Positions 31,830-38,299 of a DNA stretch of 64,000 nucleotides are shown in pieces. The notes beneath the pieces were generated by a model. That model saw nothing but the letters and a program-made list of their open reading frames with translations. It did no database searches and was not told where the DNA came from. Within the stretch, counting starts at the first letter, position 1. Each line of letters begins with the position of its first letter. This stretch comes from Candidatus Palauibacter australiensis (lineage in GTDB: Bacteria > Gemmatimonadota > Gemmatimonadetes > Palauibacterales > Palauibacteraceae), in NCBI GenBank assembly GCA_026705295.1, contig JAPPBA010000039.1:3504-67503 (forward strand). Reading direction: 5' to 3'. A program made the position numbers and the translations under genes.

Positions 31830-33668
31830 ATGGCCATGACCGACGCGCTTTCTACGGGAATCTGGAGCTGGCTGACGACCGTCGACCACAAGCGGATCGC
31901 GATCATGTACTTCGTGGTCGGGTTCGTCTTCCTCCTCATCGCGGGCGTCGAGGGACAGCTCATCCGGCTCCAGCTCGCCGCCCCCGAGCGCAGCTTCCTC
32001 GACCCGGACCTGTACAACCAGCTGTTCACGATGCACGGCACGACGATGGTGTTCTTCGCCGGCATGCCGCTCGTCGTCGCCTTCTTCAACTTCGTCGTAC
32101 CCCTGCAGATCGGGGCCCGCGACGTGGCCTTCCCGCGCCTGAACGCGTTCTCCTTCTGGGTCTTCCTCTTCGGCGGCCTCTTCCTGTACGCGAGCGTCCC
32201 CCTCCGGGTGATGCCCGACGGGGGGTGGTTCGCGTACATGCCGCTGACGAACCCGGAGTATTCGCCGGGACCGGGCATCGACTTCTACGTGCTCGCGCTC
32301 CTGATTTCCGGGGTGGGGTCGATCGCGGGCGGGCTGAACTTCCTCGTCACGATCCTCAACATGAGGGCGCCGGGGATGACGTTCATGCGGATGCCGCTCT
32401 TCACCTGGATGGCGCTCATCGTCTCCGCGCTCATCCTGCTCGCCTTCCCCCCCTTCACGGTCGGCCTGATCTTCATGCTCTTCGACCGCCGTTTCGGAAC
32501 CCACTTCTTCGACGCGGCGGCGGGCGCGGACCCCGTCCTCTGGCAGCACCTGTTCTGGGTCTTCGGCCACCCCGAGGTCTACATCCTCATCCTGCCGGCG
32601 TTCGGCATCGTGTCCGACGTGATCCCGACGTTCTCGCGGAAGATCCTGTTCGGGTATCCCGTCGTCGTCTTCTCGGGCGTCCTCATCGCCTTCCTCGGGT
32701 TCGGCGTCTGGGTCCACCACATGTTCTCGGTCGGACTCGGGCCGGTGGTGAACGCGGTCTTCGGCGGGGCGACGATGCTCATCGCGATCCCCACCGGGAT
32801 CAAGATCTTCAACTGGATCGCGACGATGTGGGGGGGTCGCTTACGCTTCCGAACGGCGATGCTGTTTGCGGCCGGGCTCGTGGCGACGTTCACGATCGGC
32901 GGCCTGAGCGGCGTCATGCACAGTTCGCCGCCGGCGGACCTGCAGCAGACGGACACGTACTTCGTGGTGGCGCACTTCCACTACGTGCTCATCGGTGGGA
33001 CGGTCTTCGGCCTCTTCTGCGGCTTCTACTACTGGTTCCCGAAGGCGACGGGGCGGTTGCTGCACGAGGGACTGGGGCAGGCCCACTTCTGGCTCAGCTT
33101 CCTCGCGCTGAACGTGACCTTCTTCCCGATGCACTTCTCGGGGCTCCTGGGGATGCCGCGGCGCACCTACACGTACGCGGAGGGGCTGGGCCTGGATGTG
33201 TTCAACCTGATCTCGACCATCGGGGCCTTCATCTTCACGCTCTCCTTCGTGCCGCTGGTCTGGAACCTGTGGCGTACGTGGCGGCGCGGAGAGGCCGCGG
33301 GACACAACCCGTGGGACGCGTCGACGCTCGAGTGGACGATGGTTTCGCCGCCGCCGCACTACAACTTCGCGGAGATCCCGGCCGTTGATCGGCGGGACCC
33401 GCTCTGGCATCCCTACATCGAGCCGGAATCGCGCCGGGAAGGGGATGAACCCGGGGGCGCCGTGCCGCGGCGGCAGCCGGACGAGCCGCCGGCGCCCGTG
33501 GTCATGCCGAATCCGTCGTACTGGCCGCTCGTGCTCGCCGTCGGGATGCTCCTCATGACGATCGGCGGGCTCGGGTCGCTGGGGCTGACGCTCTTCGGTC
33601 TGCTCGTGACGGCGGTGGGGCTCTTCGCGTGGGCTTTCGAGCCGCCGTTCGGGGAGGGGGCGCACTGA
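31830..33668 (+). CDS. ctaD: Cytochrome c oxidase subunit I
   Basis: 'TVDHKRIAIMY', 'LFTMHGTTMVFF', 'FWVFGHPEVYILILP', 'WVHHMF', 'HFHYVLIGG'. Confidence 0.95.
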   Translation: MAMTDALSTGIWSWLTTVDHKRIAIMYFVVGFVFLLIAGVEGQLIRLQLAAPERSFLDPDLYNQLFTMHGTTMVFFAGMPLVVAFFNFVVPLQIGARDVAFPRLNAFSFWVFLFGGLFLYASVPLRVMPDGGWFAYMPLTNPEYSPGPGIDFYVLALLISGVGSIAGGLNFLVTILNMRAPGMTFMRMPLFTWMALIVSALILLAFPPFTVGLIFMLFDRRFGTHFFDAAAGADPVLWQHLFWVFGHPEVYILILPAFGIVSDVIPTFSRKILFGYPVVVFSGVLIAFLGFGVWVHHMFSVGLGPVVNAVFGGATMLIAIPTGIKIFNWIATMWGGRLRFRTAMLFAAGLVATFTIGGLSGVMHSSPPADLQQTDTYFVVAHFHYVLIGGTVFGLFCGFYYWFPKATGRLLHEGLGQAHFWLSFLALNVTFFPMHFSGLLGMPRRTYTYAEGLGLDVFNLISTIGAFIFTLSFVPLVWNLWRTWRRGEAAGHNPWDASTLEWTMVSPPPHYNFAEIPAVDRRDPLWHPYIEPESRREGDEPGGAVPRRQPDEPPAPVVMPNPSYWPLVLAVGMLLMTIGGLGSLGLTLFGLLVTAVGLFAWAFEPPFGEGAH

Positions 33669-34237
33669 TGGAGGGGCCGACCTCGACGGGCATCCCGAAC
33701 CGCAAGCTCGCGATGTGGAGCTTCATCGGGTCGGAGTGCATGCTGTTCGGCACCCTGATCGCCACGTACATGATCTATCGCGGCCGGAACCTCGTGCCGC
33801 CCTATCCGCACGACCTCCTGAACATCCCCTTCATCACCGTCACGACCTTCGTGCTCCTGATGAGCAGCCTCATGATGGTGCTCGCGCTCGCGGCGGTGCA
33901 GAGGAACGATCTGCGGGCGACGAAGCTGTGGCTCGGCCTGACGGCGCTGTTCGGCCTCATCTTCCTCGGCGGCCAGTACTACGAGTTCAGCCACTTCGTT
34001 CACGAGGGGCTGCCGCTGTCGAGGAACCTGTTCTCGTCGACCTTCTTCGTCCTCACGGGAACGCACGGCGCCCACGTCGCCGGCGGCGTGATCTGGCTGA
34101 GCACGCTCCTCGTGAGGACGGCGCAGGGGAAGCTCGACGCCCGCCATGCGGAGACGGTGGAGATCGCCGGACTCTACTGGCACTTCGTCGACGTCGTGTG
34201 GATTATCCTCTTCACCCTCATCTACCTGCTGGTGTGA
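33668..34237 (+). CDS. ctaE: Cytochrome c oxidase subunit III
   Basis: The ATG shares its A with the ctaD TGA (tgATG). 'KLAMWSFIGSECMLFGTLIATY', 'FFVLTGTHGAHVAGGV', 'YWHFVDVVWI'. Confidence 0.9.
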   Translation: MEGPTSTGIPNRKLAMWSFIGSECMLFGTLIATYMIYRGRNLVPPYPHDLLNIPFITVTTFVLLMSSLMMVLALAAVQRNDLRATKLWLGLTALFGLIFLGGQYYEFSHFVHEGLPLSRNLFSSTFFVLTGTHGAHVAGGVIWLSTLLVRTAQGKLDARHAETVEIAGLYWHFVDVVWIILFTLIYLLV

Positions 34238-34244
34238 GGCACAC

Positions 34245-34541
34245 GTGAGCCATCATTCCGCCGAATCGCACCCGAGCACGCGCATCTACGTCGCGATCGC
34301 GGTGATCCTCGCCGCGCTGACGGCGCTCGAGGTGATGGTGTTCTACATCGAGGCGCTCGCGCCGGTGCTCATCCCGATCCTGCTCGTGATGATGGCGGCG
34401 AAGTTCGCGCTCGTCGCGATGTTCTTCATGCACCTGAAGTCCGATGGCCCGGTCCTCACCGCCATCTTCGCCTGGGGAGTATTCATCGCCACCGCCGTCG
34501 TGGTCGGACTGATGGCGATCTTCGGCAAGTTCGGCGCCTGA
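34245..34541 (+). CDS. ctaF: Cytochrome c oxidase subunit IV (small prokaryotic family)
   Basis: 98 aa with three hydrophobic segments. 'AAKFALVAMFFMHLK' is typical of this family. GTG 34245. Confidence 0.75.
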   Translation: MSHHSAESHPSTRIYVAIAVILAALTALEVMVFYIEALAPVLIPILLVMMAAKFALVAMFFMHLKSDGPVLTAIFAWGVFIATAVVVGLMAIFGKFGA

Positions 34542-34570
34542 CAGCGGACCTCGGCGCCTGACGGCGGACC
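34531..34570 (+). repeat. 20-bp tandem duplication spanning the ctaF stop codon
   Basis: 'tcggcgcctgacagcggacc' (34531-34550) followed by 'tcggcgcctgacggcggacc' (34551-34570), identical at 19 of 20 positions. Confidence 0.9.
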
Positions 34571-34589
34571 GTCGGCCCGTGTCGGTCCG
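34565..34589. terminator. Hairpin in the convergent ctaF / DUF4159 intergenic region (candidate bidirectional terminator)
   Basis: 7-bp stem, 'cggaccg' (34565-34571) pairing with 'cggtccg' (34583-34589), and an 11-nt loop. No T-run. Confidence 0.3.
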
Positions 34590-35393
34590 TCAGCGGGCCG
34601 GGGTGGCGGAGAGGGCGTAGAGGAAGAGGTTCACGCCCATCTGGAGTGCGGACTCCCGCACCTCGGGCGTGTCCCCGTGCACGCCCTCGTCCTCCCAGCC
34701 GTCCCCCAGGTCGGATTCGAAGCTGTAGTAGACCGCGAGGCGGCCATCGAGGAAGATGCCGAACCCCTGTGCGGGATTCCCGTCGTGTTCGTGAATCTTG
34801 GGGAGGCCGTCCTGCATCTCGTAGAAGATCCGGTAGATGCTGTGCTCGAGCGGCACTTCCGCGAGGGGTATGTCCGGGAAGAGGCGGGCGATCTCCCGTC
34901 GAAAGGACTCGTCCAGGCCGTAGTTGTCGTCCACGTGCAGGAAGCCGCCCCCGTACAGGTAGGCGCGCAGGCGTTCGATCTCGAGCGCGGTGAAGGACAT
35001 GTTGCCGTGTCCCGTCGCGTACAGGTACGGGTGGTCGGCGAGGTCGGGATCCGCGGCGCCCACCTCCGCGGGCCGGTCGGCGACCGGAATCCCGGTCCGG
35101 AGGCGGATCTGCTCGAGAAGGTTGTCGAGGCTCGAGGGATTCGCGTACCAGTCGCCCCCGCCGTCGTAGCGCAGGCGTGCGATCGTCGGCGGCTCCGTCT
35201 GCTGCGACACGCCCGGCGGCTGACCGGCGAGGCTCGGACAGGAGCCGAGCGCGGCCAACGCGGCGGCTGCGACCGTAACGAAGCCGATCACCATCTGCGG
35301 TGTGCGGTCGCCGCGCCGCTGCATGGTCCGGCAGTGCGGACAGATTCGCGTCGCGTCCGGCACGTTGCACTTGCAGCGGCGGCAGGGCTTCAT
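34590..35393 (-). CDS. DUF4159-domain protein with N-terminal zinc-ribbon and TM anchor
   Basis: 'MKPCRRCKCNVPDATRICPHCR' (CxxC-x12-CxxC), TM 'MVIGFVTVAAAALAALG', then 'RLRYDGGGDWYANPSSLDNLL', 'YLYATGHGNMSF', 'YLYGGGFLHVDDNYG'. I recognise the last three as DUF4159-like. Confidence 0.7.
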   Translation of the reverse strand: MKPCRRCKCNVPDATRICPHCRTMQRRGDRTPQMVIGFVTVAAAALAALGSCPSLAGQPPGVSQQTEPPTIARLRYDGGGDWYANPSSLDNLLEQIRLRTGIPVADRPAEVGAADPDLADHPYLYATGHGNMSFTALEIERLRAYLYGGGFLHVDDNYGLDESFRREIARLFPDIPLAEVPLEHSIYRIFYEMQDGLPKIHEHDGNPAQGFGIFLDGRLAVYYSFESDLGDGWEDEGVHGDTPEVRESALQMGVNLFLYALSATPAR

Positions 35394-35542
35394 TTGCCTG
35401 CGTTCATCGTGGCGCCTCGGTCGCGTGGCGCGGCCCGCCGGCCGCACCGTGTCTCACCCGTCTTCCCGCCGATCCGGCCACGCCGCGGGTCGACGATGGG
35501 CAGGTAGCTTATCGGTTCGCGCACCCCGGGGCGAAGGCTCAG

Positions 35543-35723
35543 CAGTCCGTGGCAAAACCCCGCGTCAGCGCCGAGAGCGGTGAAGCACTCGGCGGGGGCC
35601 CCTCTGGGGAGAGGAGCGACGAGGGAGCATAGCAGCGCTACGTGATCGAGGAGCGACGAAGAGTGCAGCGGTTCAGGCGAGGTGCAGCGCCGCTCGAACG
35701 TAGCGGGGTTTTGCCACGGACTG
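35543..35723. repeat. 181-nt palindromic element with perfect 21-bp terminal inverted repeats (REP/MITE-like, or a structured RNA)
   Basis: Left arm 'cagtccgtggcaaaaccccgc' (35543-35563) is the exact reverse complement of 'gcggggttttgccacggactg' (35703-35723). Inside is a 12-nt direct repeat 'gaggagcgacga' (35611-35622 and 35648-35659). The left arm plus 10 further nt recurs at 13100-13128. Confidence 0.7.
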
Positions 35724-35781
35724 TTAGGATGTGCGCGCGACGGGCCGCTTTCCGGCCTGCCGGACCACGAGGACCTGGACG

Positions 35782-36921
35782 ATGCGTCGATACTCGGCCT
35801 ACGACCCCCCTGAGTACGTCTCCTGGCAGCCCGATCCCGATCTCCTGGAGGAGTACCGGTCGCGCATCCGGGCGGACGACGCCCGCGCGCGGGAGATCGC
35901 CGCGCTGCCTCCCGACGCGCACATCGCGCTGTACCGGGGACTCCTTCGCTTCCGCCTCAGCGACATCGCCCTCACGAGGTGGGTGAAACAGGGCGTGATC
36001 TCGAAGGCGTGGCTCGGGACCGGCGAGGAAGCCGTGACCGTGGGGGCCGTGAACGCCCTCGACCGTCGCGGTTCCGACGGCGACATCGTGGGGCCCATGA
36101 TCCGCAACCAGGGAGCGACCCACGAGATGGGCATGCCGATGGCGGAAGTGTTCCGCACGTACCTCGGGACGGCGGACGCCCCCGCGGAGGGGCGGGACCT
36201 GCACCTGGGAGACCTGCGCTACGGTGTGTGTCCGCCCATCAGCATGGTCGCGACGCTGTCGACCGTCATGAACGGGTTCGCCCTCGCTTTCCGCATCCGC
36301 GGAGAACCACGGGTGGCGCTGACCTGGGTCGGGGACGGTGCGACGAAGCACGGCGAGGCGCACGAGGCGTTCGCCTTCGCGGCATCGCTCAGATTGCCGA
36401 TCATCTTCATCATCCAGAACAACCAGGTGGCGCTGGGGACACGGCTGGACCAGCACCACGTGCCGCCCGACTTCTCGGACTGGGGCGCGGCGTACGGGAT
36501 TCCCTCCGCATCGGTGGACGGGAACCACGTGCTCGAGGTCTACGCGGCCACGCGGGTGGCGGCCGAGCGCTGCCGGCGGGGGGAGGGGCCGCAACTCATC
36601 GAGGCGCGCACCTTCCGCATGGGAGGGCACGCGACGCACGACGTGCGCGAGGCCCGGGCCACCTTTTCGCGCGAGTTGTTCCAATACTGGGGGCGGCGTG
36701 ATCCGGTCGGACTCTATGAGGAGTACCTGGCGGGGATCGACCTCGGAGTCGCCGGCGCCGGCAACCTGCGTGAGCGGAACCTCCGCAAGCTCGCATCGGT
36801 GGAGCGGGAGGTGGAGGCGGAGATCGAGCGGGCCGCCGGGGAGGCGCTGGCGAGTCGTGAGACCGCCGCTCCCCGCGGAGAAACGGTGACGCACGGCGTG
36901 TACGGCGGGGGGGCGGCATGA
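35782..36921 (+). CDS. Thiamine-diphosphate-dependent 2-oxoacid dehydrogenase E1 component, alpha subunit
   Basis: TPP-binding 'VGDGATKHGEAHEAFAFAASLRLPIIFIIQNN', plus 'IEARTFRMGGHATHD'. No E1-beta or E2 gene follows. Confidence 0.8.
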   Translation: MRRYSAYDPPEYVSWQPDPDLLEEYRSRIRADDARAREIAALPPDAHIALYRGLLRFRLSDIALTRWVKQGVISKAWLGTGEEAVTVGAVNALDRRGSDGDIVGPMIRNQGATHEMGMPMAEVFRTYLGTADAPAEGRDLHLGDLRYGVCPPISMVATLSTVMNGFALAFRIRGEPRVALTWVGDGATKHGEAHEAFAFAASLRLPIIFIIQNNQVALGTRLDQHHVPPDFSDWGAAYGIPSASVDGNHVLEVYAATRVAAERCRRGEGPQLIEARTFRMGGHATHDVREARATFSRELFQYWGRRDPVGLYEEYLAGIDLGVAGAGNLRERNLRKLASVEREVEAEIERAAGEALASRETAAPRGETVTHGVYGGGAA

Positions 36922-37373
36922 CCGGCGGCGCCCGGCCGCGGCGGTCGGGCCGGATCGAGGGCGCGGCGTGGATGCTGTACGACGCGGGCCGGGCGCCGTC
37001 CGGCCTCGGTCTCGGCTACTTCGTCTGCGACGACCCGGAGGTGGCGGACCGGCGCGCGGCGCTTCCCGCCGGGCTGGCCCTGCCGGACCTCGATGACGAG
37101 GCCTTCCGCGCGTTGTGGGAGGCCGGACGACCGCTCACGTCGACGGAACGCCGGGTCGTCGACGGCAGCGGAGCGATCTGGCTTGCCCAGGGGAGGGGGC
37201 CGGTCTGGGCGGAGGGAGGGAGCGCGGCGGGTACCGTGGGCCTCCGTCTGCGCTGCATCAGCGCTCATCGTCCGGCGGTGGAGTTGAACGGCGCCACACT
37301 CGCCGGGATTTCGGACGCGGAACTGATCGCGCGCCTCGGCGCGCCCGAAGGAGTCGCGCCATCCTCCGACTGA
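36918..37373 (+). CDS. Hypothetical protein
   Basis: ATG overlaps the E1-alpha stop (ATGA). GC3 is high across the ORF. No motif I recognise. An internal ATG at 36972 is an alternative start. Confidence 0.45.
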   Translation: MTGGARPRRSGRIEGAAWMLYDAGRAPSGLGLGYFVCDDPEVADRRAALPAGLALPDLDDEAFRALWEAGRPLTSTERRVVDGSGAIWLAQGRGPVWAEGGSAAGTVGLRLRCISAHRPAVELNGATLAGISDAELIARLGAPEGVAPSSD

Positions 37374-38299
37374 CGTTTCTCGGAACGGCTTCCTCGCGGC
37401 CGACGGTGTCGCGGAACGTTTCGTCGCTCGCACTGAAGCGCGAGGGGCGGTTGTTTCTCCTCGACTGCGGCGAGGGGACGCAGCGGCAGATGATGCGCTA
37501 CGGCGTGGGCTTTTCCCTCGGAGACATCCTCATCACGCACCTCCACTCCGATCATTACCTCGGGCTGCCGGGCCTGCTCCGCACGATGAGCCTCCAAGGG
37601 CGCGTCGAACCGCTCCGCATCTGGGCCCCGTACAGGGCGGGCGAGACGCTCCGCGCGCTCCGGGATCTGGGAGGGGACCGCCTGGCGTTCGAGGCGACGG
37701 TCCACGAACTCCGCGCGGGGGAGGCGGTCGAGGGCGATGGCTTTCGAGTGGAAGCCTTCGCAACCGAGCACACGCGGCGCTCGCTCGGATACGCCCTCAT
37801 CGAGGATGATCGCCCGGGGAGATTCGATGTGGCGGCCGCCCGCGAGATGGGCGTCCCGGAAGGGCCGCTCTTCGGCCAGCTCCACCGCGGCGAGAGCGTG
37901 GAGCTCGCGGACGGCCGGCGCGTGCGTCCCGCGGAACTCGTGGGTCCTCCGCGTCCGGGCAGGAAGGTCGTGTACACGGGGGATACGCGCCCCTCTCCCG
38001 AAACGGTCCGGATCTCGCGCGACGCCGACCTCCTCGTGCATGAGGCAACCTTCACCGAGGAGGAGCAGGGTCGGGCACGGGACACCGGCCACTCCACCGC
38101 CGCGGACGCAGCCCGGGTCGCGCGCGAGGCGGGCGCGCGGCGACTCGTGCTGACGCACGTCAGCGCCCGCTACGCCGAGCGGCCGGCGCAACTGCTCGAA
38201 GAGGCGCGCGCCGTCTTCCCCGGGGCGGAACTCGCGCGCGATGGCTGGTCCACCGAGGTCTCCTTCGATGACGCGGACGCGGGGGATCCGGACCCTTGA
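37361..38299 (+). CDS. rnz: Ribonuclease Z
   Basis: 'LTFLGTASSRPT', 'LLDCGEGTQRQM', metallo-beta-lactamase 'ITHLHSDHYLGLPGLL', 'HEATF', 'LVLTHVSARY'. The homologous N-terminus begins at 37361-37372, where the only possible starts are ATC 37361 (7 nt after 'gaaggag') or CTG 37370. Confidence 0.8.
   Translation: MLRLTFLGTASSRPTVSRNVSSLALKREGRLFLLDCGEGTQRQMMRYGVGFSLGDILITHLHSDHYLGLPGLLRTMSLQGRVEPLRIWAPYRAGETLRALRDLGGDRLAFEATVHELRAGEAVEGDGFRVEAFATEHTRRSLGYALIEDDRPGRFDVAAAREMGVPEGPLFGQLHRGESVELADGRRVRPAELVGPPRPGRKVVYTGDTRPSPETVRISRDADLLVHEATFTEEEQGRARDTGHSTAADAARVAREAGARRLVLTHVSARYAERPAQLLEEARAVFPGAELARDGWSTEVSFDDADAGDPDP

Noticed and set aside
35543-35723. Interpretation of the 181-nt palindrome as 6S RNA (similar length, long closing helix), or as carrying a small ORF (21-codon GTG ORF from 35580).
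   Set aside because: The closing helix is perfectly paired and its arm recurs at 13100, which fits a dispersed repeat better than a single-copy 6S gene. I cannot identify the 6S central-bubble features by eye. The tiny ORF has no RBS or other support. I kept it as a repeat or unknown structured element.
37115-37360. Using the ORF-opening ATG at 37115 as the rnz start (394-aa product).
   Set aside because: The 82 extra residues are Arg/Gly-rich with no homology to RNase Z N-termini. They would fully overlap the upstream ORF in another frame. A good SD sits right before the homologous N-terminus instead.
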